Source: Salpingoeca rosetta (taxonomy: Eukaryota; Protista; Choanoflagellata). Taken from it: 64,000 nt of DNA. Both the position numbers and the translations under genes were made by a program. Positions within the stretch are counted from its first letter, which is position 1. Each line of letters begins with the position of its first letter. Below, piece by piece: positions 31,536 through 59,300 of this stretch. The DNA lies in the NCBI GenBank assembly GCA_033442325.1, contig JAWQFM010000031.1:67898-131897 (forward strand), read 5' to 3'. The notes beneath the pieces were generated by a model, which saw only the letters and a list, made by a program, of their open reading frames with translations, did not search any database and was not told where the DNA came from.

Positions 31536-32105
31536 AACCACGAGCACAGCCCTCACCCTTCCTCTCCCACCAGGTGAGCGAGCGGATATGGGGTAGTGGT
31601 CGTGCTGCTGGAACTGGTGGTGAACATGGTCGTGGCAGTGGGTGGCTTCGAGTAGAGGAAGCGATGCAGCGTGCGTCATGTGCACGCGTGGGGCGCGCGC
31701 AACGGTGCACGCGTAGGGTGGTGAGGACTGGAGAACCAGACCGTGGCAGCGTGCAGTTGCACCTTCAGCTCCCACAAACAAACACACTCTCAAGCGTCGA
31801 CGCACAGCAGCTGTGGCCAGCAAGTGATGGCGCTGGTTGCGTTGCACCCGCGGCTCACAACAACCACGTTGCGGATTACGGCTGCCTGTTCGTGACAAAG
31901 GCCGTAGTGGTGGAGCATGCGCTGCTGACTTCGATGACAGACACGACTGATGATGACACGATGAGCGGCAGCAGCTTCGCGACATGCGAATGTGTGAGGC
32001 CGGAGAAGAGACACCACGCAACTGGTGGATGTGATGCAGAGCCACTCACCACCATCTCGTTCTCTGGTTGTCGTTGCTTGGCTTTGCAGGTTCCAGAACG
32101 GCATC

Positions 32106-33254
32106 ATGAAGACGCTGCAGGCCACGCGTTTCATCACAATCCCCGAGGGCGGTGAGTCTTTTGTTTTCGATGGAGCGAGTGCGCAACGCACATGCTTGTG
32201 TGTCTTGCACCGGGAGACGTGCGTGTGTGTGTGTGTGTGTCAGGCACTCCCTTGCCTCGCATCTGCATGCCAACCTCTGCATGCCCACCTTCCCTGATCC
32301 CACAAACTCTTTAACCCTTCCTCACCGCACGCACGTTCACACACATTAACAACGACACCAACTGCTGCCTTTGTTTTGTTTGTCAACCCGCCATTGCACG
32401 TACACACATCACAGTCACGGTCACCATCAAGAACCGTGTCGCTACCGTGACTGGCAAGCGCGGTACCCTGAAGCGTGCCTTCAAGCACCTTCAGCTCGAG
32501 GTCACCCGCGTGTCCGATGAAAAGATCCGCGTCGATGCTTGGCTCGCTGACCGCAAGGTGTGTGTTGTTGCTGTTGATGAAGTGCGGGTCCTCCAGTGGG
32601 TTGTTGTGTTGCTTGTGGTTCGACAGCTTTGTCGGTGGCACGCCCGTGTGTGTGTGTGTGTGTGTGTGTGTTCGTGCGTGTGCGTCGGAGGTGGCTTCGG
32701 TGATACAGCACACTGTGTTCGTGTTTTTGATTGCCTTCATGTCAATCTTCGACGTTTGCCTCCTGTTTGTGTGGGTCAGTGAAGTAAGTTGGCCCATCAC
32801 CCCCCGCCACCCCCCGAATCATGTTGTTTGAACTCAAGCACGCAATCGTCTCACCATTTTGATTCTCATGTGCCGTGTGCTTGTGTGGTGTTGGCATGTG
32901 TGGTTTGATAGGCGCTGGCCTGCGTCCGCACTTTCTGCACGCACGTCATGAACATGATGAAGGGTGTCACATACGGCTACCGCTACGTGCTCAAGGCCGT
33001 GTATGCGCATTTCCCCATCAACATGCAGGTTATTGATGGTGGCAAGGCCATTAACATCAGGAACTTCCTTGGCGAGAAAGTCACCCGTCACGTGTGCATG
33101 CACGACGGTGTCATTGTCAAGGCCTCTGGCAACAAGGACGAGCTCTACGTTGAGGTGTGCAAGCAAGACCAGTTGTTGGTGTCCAGAAGGGGGGGGGGGG
33201 AGCTGTAGTGTCTTGCGCGTTTGACATTGTTGTGGGTTTATCGCTTTAGTGCTG

Positions 33255-33295
<41 letters not shown>

Positions 33296-33663
33296 CCCTG
33301 CTTGCTTGAGCTCACCAACGCTTACGCCTCTTTTCTCTGTCGTTGCTGTTTTTTTTTTCTGGTGTCTCGTGCGTGACAAACAGGGCAACGACATTGAGAA
33401 GGTGTCTCTCTCCGCCGCCCTGATCCACCAGTCGTGCCTCGTCACGCGCAAGGATATCCGAAAGTTCCTCGACGGTGCGTCTGCTGCGGAGTGTGCGTGT
33501 GTGTGTGTGTGTGTGTGAATCAGCGTGCGTGTTGAATGGTGTTGTGTTGGTTGCTTGCCATCACACATGCCCTCATGTTGCCTCCACCCCCACACCACCC
33601 TCCTTCCGTCTTGCAGGTATCTACTGCAGCGAGACCACCACCATCGACCCCATTGAGGAGTAA
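32106..33663 (+). CDS. RPL9: 60S ribosomal protein L9 (uL6); 5 coding exons plus a probable 5'UTR intron at 31574-32089
   Basis: Spliced reading [15 protein letters not shown]|[26 protein letters not shown]...|...[23 protein letters not shown]...IRNFLGEK...KDELYVE|[30 protein letters not shown]|GIYCSE; TAA 33661-33663. Confidence 0.97.
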
Positions 33664-33749
33664 ACTGACCCCCTCCCTGGTTGTTGTTGTGTGTGTGTGT
33701 ACACTGTGCTCGTGATGCTCCCCCGCTCTGTTTCCTTGACTGCCAAGAG

Positions 33750-33755
33750 AATAAA
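33750..33755 (+). terminator. Putative polyadenylation signal AATAAA of RPL9
   Basis: AATAAA 87 nt after the RPL9 stop codon. Confidence 0.55.
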
Positions 33756-33868
33756 CCTTGACACATACCTGCACACGGCGGTTTGAGACGAGGAACTGCG
33801 AAAAGCACGAGAGAGAGAGTGTGTGTGTTTCTGTGGGGTGGTGGGGGGGGGTGTTGGACGTGGCCACA

Positions 33869-39737
<5,869 letters not shown>

Positions 39738-40116
39738 AGCAGGCCGACACCCAAACGCGCGAAACAACATGCACACACGCACAAGCACACACACATGCAC
39801 ACATACACATGCACACTGTACATATGTGCTTTTCGTGCTGTTCTGTGCGGTCTATGTTTCCTTCGTTGGTGTTGTTTGCGTGCTGCAACGAGTGCACGCT
39901 TGCTCGGGTGTTGGCTGGTGCGTTAGGTTGGCCTTTGTACTGTGAGCTACACCACACTGGGATTAATTTGCTAACTGATATTACACGCAACACTGTACGT
40001 AACGCTACCCTGACCACAGCCGCTCGAACTAGCACACGACACGCGCCCACCTCACGAGAGCTAAAGAGTGGCGCAGAGGCTGGCCTAATGGGGAAAAGGC
40101 TGAGCAGGACAAGAGA

Positions 40117-40178
<62 letters not shown>

Positions 40179-40241
40179 CGCACGCACACACACACACACA
40201 CGCACACACACACACGCGCGCGCACGCACGCACAGACGAAA

Positions 40242-50687
<10,446 letters not shown>

Positions 50688-51895
50688 TGTTCAACTTGTT
50701 ACAGTTGCGTGCCTTGTCGTTCTTCGCTTGCAGGAGCGTAGCCACGAAGAGAATTGAAACAAAAGGCACGGCCAGTGTAAAGGCCACGCACGCCAAAGTG
50801 CGCTGTGCGGCGGTGTGCGTTACTTCTCACAAGGTGGCAGGCAGCGGTGGCGTGTTGTGTAACAGCAGTAGCCAAGCCAAGGCGTTCATGCACACGTGTG
50901 CTCTTCTGGTGCTCGTGTGGCAGCAATGACGACCGGTGGGTGACTGCAGATGATGACGCCGAATGTTGTGTGAAATCATTGGTGAATCGCCACAAAGTCG
51001 TGAGTGCCTCGTTCTTGTTGGCTTGTTGTTAGGTTGTTTCACACGACTACACCACGCTCCACGACCACGAAAGCGCGGGCGAAACTGCGAAAGGTCTGGC
51101 AGGAAGCAAAGGAGAAGGGTGTTGTCATTGTTGTTGTTGAACTAGTGAACTGGAAGGGAAGGGATAGCTAATGCGGAAAGAAGGGGAAAGAAGACGGAAC
51201 GAGAGAACGAGTGAGGGTGCTGAGAATGGAAAAGTGCTGACAGTAGGGAACAACTGAAGCTGTACACTTCAGGACTACAGCTACAGGCTGACACGAAAAG
51301 CTAGGACAGAGAGAGAGAGCACGAGCTTGGCGCAACAAAGACACAAGGTGACAAGAGAGCTCTGTGTGAAGGTATGCAAACACGTTCACGGTGGTAAGGG
51401 TAGAGCAGAAGGATTAAGAAACTACAATCAGGGGAAAAAAAAGAAAGTAACAATGTCGAACACTGGAGGACTCTGACTAGAGGTGGAACTGAGGAGAGTG
51501 GAGTTGCTAATGGGACAGGAAGCTGCAATGGGAAAGAAGACAAGACTCACTCAAAGCTCTAAGCGCCTTCCAGAACAGCAGGGCTTCGAAGAAACGAACT
51601 GGTGCCGCTAGGTAAGTAGGTAGAACTAAGGCCTGGCACACTCACGCAGACACGAAAATCATGGATAGTGTGGCGGTACTACGCAACTGAATGGAAAACG
51701 AAACGAGGACAAACACAACACAGTGAGAGAAGTCAGGGAGGGAGGAGCACACTTGTCTGCACGACGATCAGCAGTTCAGCGCGTGTGACGTGTTGTGACA
51801 GAGGGGCAAACAGCTCCACTGGCTGCTCATCAAGGCGCATTCCTGTGAGCAGGCTGGCCAGCAGTGCTCAAACAACGCCATCGCCCATCGGTGTA

Positions 51896-52828
51896 TCAGC
51901 GCACGTACAGCTCCATGAACGCTGCATTAGGGTATCGCCCAAGGAATCCCAGAGTGGATCTCTCGGCAGTTGGACTTCCAGTACTTGGCCCAAGGGAGCC
52001 ACTGTTTCCAACACCATCCAGAGGGCATCCTTGATTGCTTTGGAAACTCCAAGCAAAACCACAGGTGTGAACGTTCGGGTTGGGATCATGGTCGCGAGGG
52101 TTGACGTAAACCTTGGTGTCACACCGATTGAGATTGCTTGTAATGTTCTGTTGTGTCGCAGCAAACGACGGACAGCCTGAGGAGCAGGGTACTGGAACGC
52201 CAGCAAATAGAGATGAAAGGGACTGCTGGGCGAGCGCGTCCTCGTATGCGATCCACTCGCCAATATCCGACACGAAGAGCAAGTCCGTTGTCTGACCGAA
52301 CCAAGCCGTACCCTTGAAGTCGCCGCTGCCGTGCACGGTGCCCACCAGTTCGCTGTTAGACCACAGACTGCAATTAGTCCAAGTCCACGTAGCCACGCCA
52401 TCGTTGGAAAAGCGGGCTGCCAGCGTCCATGGGCGTGCATCGCCGCCAACGAGTCGCGTCTCGCACTTGTGACCAAGAAAAGCGGCGGTATCCAGTCCAA
52501 TCGAGCACGGGTGTATGGAGGAGGAACTGCCACGAGCCACATTGACGAGGGACGCCACCGTGTGTTGTAGTTCTTGCACATCCACGCCATTCACCAGCAC
52601 AGGCTGGGAAGGGTCCGTGGTGTTGATGATGAGGCGACCATGATCGTCTTCGCCCAGCCAAGCTTTCCCAGTGCAGCTGCTGCTGAAGCCAAGCAGCAGC
52701 AGAACAGCGCAACTGAGAGTAGCGAGAACGCCAAGTGCGCGAGGAGGAGGAGAAGGAGGGGAAGCGGTGCGGCAGCATCTCCCTCGCCATGACAGCGACA
52801 GTCTTGGCCACGACAACGCAAAAGCCAT
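51896..52828 (-). CDS. Intronless secreted or signal-anchored protein with the shared N-terminal module and a fibrinogen-like/intelectin-like C-terminal domain
   Basis: In-frame ATG 52828 within ORF 51896-53071; hydrophobic LGVLATLSCAVLLLLGFSSSCTG. C-x(5)-GG..WTLAARFS, LWSN..VG, GDFKGTAW and terminal MELYVR resemble fibrinogen-C/intelectin motifs (CDM..GGGWTLVA, NWAN..FG, DDYK, LLFYR). Confidence 0.65.
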   Translation of the reverse strand: MAFALSWPRLSLSWRGRCCRTASPPSPPPRALGVLATLSCAVLLLLGFSSSCTGKAWLGEDDHGRLIINTTDPSQPVLVNGVDVQELQHTVASLVNVARGSSSSIHPCSIGLDTAAFLGHKCETRLVGGDARPWTLAARFSNDGVATWTWTNCSLWSNSELVGTVHGSGDFKGTAWFGQTTDLLFVSDIGEWIAYEDALAQQSLSSLFAGVPVPCSSGCPSFAATQQNITSNLNRCDTKVYVNPRDHDPNPNVHTCGFAWSFQSNQGCPLDGVGNSGSLGPSTGSPTAERSTLGFLGRYPNAAFMELYVR

Positions 52829-53211
52829 GCTCGCCTCTGCCTCTTCAGCTTTCCGTGCTGCTTGTCTGGGAAAATCTAATCTGAGAAACAAAATGCCAGC
52901 AAGCACAAACAAAGATGAAAATGAGTCCACGCCACCACAGGTGCAACTCGGCCATGGTCCCTTATTCAACCCCTCCCCCTCCCTCGACCGCCAAGTCCTT
53001 TTTGCACTGTTTGTTGAGCCACGTTTCATGTCACAGTCATTCATTGAGTTCACTGATCTGAGCACACGCACACATGATGTGAATACACTTCTTCCCTCTC
53101 ATTCACCTCCTCTGAAACCCACAAATCAACAACGAAGGTTGCATTGAAGTTGGAAAGCAGTCGAAACAGTGTCCACCCCCATTCACACACACACACACAC
53201 ACACACAGTTA

Positions 53212-53255
<44 letters not shown>

Positions 53256-53337
53256 ATCACACACACACACACACACACGCACACAGATACACACACCCCT
53301 CCACACAAAGCCCTCCCCCCTCCCCAAACAAACGCAA

Positions 53338-56300
53338 CTACACCACGCCCTTGAGGTAGAAAATCCATTCCACGCCCGCGTTCTCGCCCGTGCCGCAGAG
53401 CACAACGAGCTTGGCGGTTGCGCTGCCGTTGTGGCCGTCAAAGCGAACGGTGATGTCCTTGGACTCGCCAGCCTTGTACAGGTCGTGCGCCTTGACGGAG
53501 AAGGATGGGTGGTCCACCGTGTAGTTGAACGTCTCGCTGGTGGCAAACACGTTCTTGAACGGCAGCGAGATGCGGCTGCTGCCCGTCGCCCGGATCACGT
53601 GCGGGCCAGAGGGGCGTGGTGGCAGGCACTGGCCCACCAAGGGGCAGCGGTACTCCCCGCCAACGGGCGAAGACAGCACCATCACCGCGTTGCACTCGCC
53701 CAGCTGCGACGGCTCGTACGTGATCTCCACAGGGACCTTCGTGCCCGTTCGGGACGCAGCAGAGGCCGGCACGCTCTGCGGCGCCGTGAAATGCGGCGCG
53801 CCCTCAATGGCCACGTGGTAGTCTGTGCGAACAGGGCAGCAGTTGACAAAGTAGTACTTGCGCACCAGCTGCTCCCCAAGGCAGCAGGAGAAGTGCTCCG
53901 TGGGCATGGGGTCGGCCTCACGCGCCCGCAGGTGCAGGTCGTACTGGAACGAGCCGAGCTCAGCGCACGTGAGCACGAGCCGCGCCGTCTTCTCCTTGCT
54001 CAGCAGCGGCATGTAGTCGAACGTGTACTTGGCGTCTGTGGCGCGCGGCGGCACGCGGAAGTGGCTTGGCCCGTGGATGTCCACGCAGGGGCGCGAGGTG
54101 CCCTCCTGCGTGCACGTCATGCTGAACATGATGGGCTGTGGCAGCGGGTTGTGCAGCGAGATGGCGTGGTGGATGGGCTCCCGCACCGTCGTGCTGAGCG
54201 TCACCGTCTCCACGCTGTTGCTCGGGGTGGACTTGAAGTGCACCTCATACAGCAGGTACTCGCCCGTGGCCTCGTTCTTGAACACCACCTCCGCCTGGGT
54301 CGTCCCTTCCTTGTATGCGTAAAACTGCAGCTCGTACTCGCGCGTCGCCTTGGGCAGCACATCAACGTACTCGTGACCCTGCAAATGGAACGAATCAGGC
54401 AAAGGATTGGGGTTGGGGGAGTGATTGCGTTCAGCACAGTGGTGAGTGGAAGAGAAAGAAAGGCGTGCAAATGGAGGATGAAAGACACGACAGCAAAGGC
54501 GCGAAACTTGCAGACAAACACACCACAACACAGGCATACACACAACACAACACAACGACAACACACAACACAACACAACACAACAAACCCTCAACAAACC
54601 CAAAACAAAACCCCCTCCCCTCCCCCACCCTCTCTCGCTTCAACACACCTTGATCACGGTGGAAGACTCAGCCTTGATCCTGTTGATGGTCACCTTGAAG
54701 CGCTGGCTCTTGGGCAGCCAGTTCTCCACATTCAGCAGCAGGTTGTACCACACCTTGCACGGCACCTCCCGCGACAGCGTGTCAATGGGCTTGGGGGCGT
54801 TGGCCTGGCCAATCAAGCGATGCAGCACAGCCTTGCCATCAGGCAAGGGGAAGAACACCGAGCCAGTGTGGTAGTTGTTCGCCGCGCCACCACCACCGCC
54901 GCCGCCGCCGCCACCGCCACCGCCGCCGTGCTTGTGGCTCTTGCTCACGGTCATTCGTAGCGGGTGGTATGTGATGGGGTACTGCTTCGTCTCCCAGGCA
55001 CCAACCTCAAGCACCTCCGGCCCAGAGAAGAACTCGTTGTCAATCACAGGCTTGAGCGTCCACGCGCGGTTGCTGTCGTTGGTGATGCGAACCGTCTTGG
55101 TCTCCTTCGTCCGCACCTCCGTCTGGAACGACACCACGTCCCGCTCCGCCTGCTGCGGCTGCACCGTGCCCACGAGGTCAAGCAGCACGGGCCGGCCCAG
55201 CCCCTCCACCGTGCACGGCACGTCGTCACGCCGCACCTCGTGCGACACCATCGACTTGGGGTGGAAGGTGACCGCAAACACCACCTCAGACCCGGGCGAC
55301 ACATACCCTTCAGTGGGCGTGATGGAGAACCACTCCCCGAGCGAGGACACGTCCCATGCAAAGCGCGTGCCAATGTCACCCGTGTTGGACATGACCACAC
55401 GGCGCGATGACGTGCTGTTCAGCACCGCGGAAAACGCAAGCTGGTTGTGGTCCAAGTCCACGCCCACGCCGTGGCACGCCCCCTTCACCAGCAGCAGCGG
55501 CTCCAGCTGCCGCAGGTACTGCACGGAGATTTCCTCCGTAAACGGCGGCTTGCGCGTGCGCGGCGCAAAGTGGATGGTGATGGGGACCGTTCCTCCGTTT
55601 GCGCCCAGCGTCACCACGCCCGCGGGGGCCAGCGACAGGCCGCGGTGCGCCATGCTCTGCTCGTCCGCAGCCAGCGTCACGTCCAGCGGAAGCGCGCTCC
55701 GGTTCACAAGGTTCACCGTCTTGCTTGTCTGCGCGCCAATCTGCAGCGCGCCAAAGTCAAGCACCTTGTTGGTCGCCTTGTCCAGCTGCAGCTGAATCGG
55801 CACGCCGATCCCAGACACCGCCACCGCCACCGTCGACAGCGAGTTGATCTCAAAGGAGATGCTCTCCTCGTACGCCTTTGCCTCCCGCGGCATAAACCGC
55901 ACCACCACATCCCGCTTCTCGCCAGGCTCAAGCACGCAGTCCTTGAAGTCAGACTGCAGCACCTCCGTGTCCTTGAACGATGTCGTCAGCACAACCTTGG
56001 ACGCGTCCTGGTTTGTCAGCGTAAACACCTTCTCCGTCACGGGCATGCCAGCCTTGTGCACAAACGTCTTGCCAAACTTGAGCGACGTGTGGGAGATGTT
56101 CAGCTCTGGCACAGACGCGCGCCCGGCAACGGGAATCTCATATGTCTCGCCATCCTTGATGCGGCACACAAGCTTGCCGCCCTCAAGGTCTTCCGGGTTG
56201 GTGGGGGAGAACGTTGCCGTCACCGCCACCACCTCCCCGGGCGCAACAGTGCCAGACAGGGGCGCAACCTGCAGCGACTTGCACAGCCGCAGCACCTTGT

Positions 56301-59300
56301 TCATCGTAAACTTGAACTCCAGCGGGAATCGGCCCGTGTTGGTCACGTTGAACGTGCGCGATGCGCGCTCGCTCACCTGCACCTGGCCAAAGTTCAGGGC
56401 ATCACGCACACCACCGTCCGCCATCACCACCACGTCCTCTTCGCCCTCATCTCCATGCTGCTCCGGCTGCTCAGCTGCAGCAACGCCGCCATCACCACCA
56501 CGGTCGTGGTGGGCAGCGCCGCCCTTGCGTCGCCGTGCGCGGGGCGTCACGGGCTTCGATGCTGCCGGCGTTGCTCGCGCGTCATCCGTTGCAGCGGCGG
56601 CAGCAGCAGCAGCGGCACGGCGACCGCGCTGGCTCACACCGCCTCCACCACCACCACCACCTCGGGTCGCGCGTACGCGGCGCTCACCGTCATCAGCACC
56701 GCCGGCATCGCCGTGCTGCCCAACAACCTCGTCTTCGCTGATCTGGCCCAGGGGGTGGGCACGGGCGTGCTTCTGGCCACCACCGCGCTTCCCGCCACCA
56801 CCTGCAGCAGGTGTTGTTGCCGTCGCCTGATCGCCAGAGGTCCTGTTTGCACCACTGGCATTGGTCGCCGTCGTGATGGTGGTCTTGGCAGAACCGAGTC
56901 GACTCTCCGTGTTGGTGTTGCCGCGCTTTGCACGCTTGCCTCGCTTCGGGTGCCCAGGCGGTTTCGGCCCGCGCACGCGCCCACCACCAGCACTGTGAGC
57001 AGACTCGCGTTGGTGATGCTGCTGGCTCTGCCGTTGCTGCTGTTGTTGTTGCTGTTGCTGCTGCTGTTGTTGTGATTGCGACTGCTTCTTCTGTGTGGCA
57101 GCAAGACTTGCGCCCGCCTTGCTACCGCCGCGTCCACGCCGAACAGTGCCAGCGCCAGCACGCCTACTTCGCGCCTGGCCACTGGCCGCCGCAGCAGCCT
57201 CTTCTGCTGCTCGCTCCTCCACGCTCTTGAACGAAACAACGTTGCCCGTGCGAAGGGACGGCAGCAACGACAGCGCGCTGTGCGGCTGGTACCCCTCGCA
57301 CTTGAGCGAAACCGCAATCGGTGTGGGCTTCTTCACCACCTTGCAGTGCAGCTTGCACGCGTACGACTGCTCGAGCTTGGGCGCAAACGTCACCGTCACG
57401 CGCACGCAATCGTGGGGCGCAATCTTGCCACTGGTCGGGGTCACGCCCACACGTGCGCCGGCGTTGAGCACACGCAGCTCCTCCTCATCAAAGCGGAATG
57501 AGAACGGGCGCGACTCGTCGTTCACAAGCTCAACCGTCTTGGACTGCGGCTTGGAGCCAAGCATCATGGCACCAAAGTCCAGCGAGCCGGGGCTCACCAG
57601 CACACGTGGCTCTTCCGCGTGGCCGACAACCAGGAACTGCAGCTCAAAGTCTTCCTCCGGCACAGACAGCGTCCAGAAGGTTTCCACAAGGTCGAGCGTG
57701 TGCGGCGTGTACTGGAAGGTCATAGTGACCCGCTCGCCAGGCACGAGCGTGCCGTGCGGTGTGACCACGCGAATCGGCCCACACTCAATGTGCTTGTGGG
57801 AGATGACGGCCTCGGGTGAGTGGCACTTCCATTCAAACGCGTGCGGCTTCTCGCTCGGGTTGAGCACGTCAAAGTTGAACGTGTTGATGACGCGCAGCCC
57901 ACACGACGACAGCTCAATCACGCGCGTGCCGTCCTTCAGCGGCTCGCCAATTTCACCAGAGGGACCGGGCAGTACGCTCGCCCGCCGCCCTGCTTGAAGG
58001 TAGTCCGAGTCCTCCAGGAACACGTGCGCCACAGGCATGGCACTTGTCCCCGTGACGTCAATCACTGGCAGCGCCGATGCCTCCTCGTCCGCGCGCAGCA
58101 CCTTGCACGTGAGCGAGGCGTCAAACTGCTCCACGGTCGACGGGCAAAAGTGCACCTGCACCGTCAGCGTGCTGTTGGGTGGCACCGCGCCAGACGCAGG
58201 GTGCACGACAAACGGCAGCGGCACGTCGCGCTCCGTCATCAGGTCGTCCTCAAGCTCAAACTCAAACAGCGCCGGCACGTCGCTCGCGTTGACCATGTCA
58301 AACGTCTTGACAGCCGTGTCGTACATAAACACCTCGCCAAACGCAAGCTCCGTGCACTCGTACGACACCTGTGGCCTGCCAATCACGCCCTCGCAGTGCA
58401 GCATCTGCTGCTTCTCTGTGTCCGGCAGCACCTCGTGTGAGGGCTCGGGCACGGCCTCCCGCACCTGCACGTGCTTCAGCCGCCCGCCATCGTGCTCCTC
58501 AACAGCATAGCGCAGCGTGGTCTGCTCGCTATCCCATGACGATGAACCATTGCCAGCACCGTCGTCACTACCACCACCACCACCACCGCCGCTGTTCTTG
58601 TTGACGGCGGTTTCCGGGGATGAAGCGTCGTGTGCGATGCGAATCTTGCTGTACCTGTACACAACCTCCATGTTGTCCATGGCCACCGTGTTTTCAGAGG
58701 ATGCCGTGATGCTGACTGTCTTCGACTGGCCCGGCCCAAGGTGTGCGCACCGTGGCGTGATTGTGAAGGGTTGCTGGTGCTCCGGGAACTCAAAGCGAAT
58801 CACATCCAGGCAGCAGTTGGTGAGCGTGACCTCGCGTGACACGGCCTCCCCAACCAAGACGCCACCAAACACCAACCGCGTTTGGCCAGGCTCCTTGTTG
58901 GCTGGGTCTGGCGGCACGTCCACCACGTGCTCGCCCTCCAGCGTCAGGTCGTTCATGAACCCTTCGCCCGTGATGGACACAAACACAGACTCAAAGTCGT
59001 TGTCCTTGAGCGCCAGCTGCAGGCACGAGGAGAAGCTCTCCATGGCCCCGGGCGCAAACTGCACGTCAAAGGCAGCCATCCCGTACGGCTCAATGGTGAC
59101 GGGGTCTGTGCCTTGCAAGCACGTGAAGGGGCCGTCGCTCGCCGACAGCTCAACAGCGGGCTGCGACGTGCTGTCCACAGCCTTGCTCTCGCTCAGCTTC
59201 GGCAGCGTCGATGTGTTGCCGCCACGTGCAGACGCGGCGTCGTCATCCCCGAGCGAGGACGAGTGCTTGGACTTGAGCTTGCGCTTCTCCTTGCGCCCCG

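Noticed and set aside
31824-31931. Possible C/D snoRNA (GTGATGG ... CTGA)
   Set aside because: Imperfect C box, terminal stem out of register for a K-turn, and no rRNA complement that I could identify.
31382-32155. 257-aa ORF upstream of RPL9
   Set aside because: It overlaps the promoter, TOP-like tract and probable 5'UTR intron, starts at a non-ATG codon and has no protein-like features.
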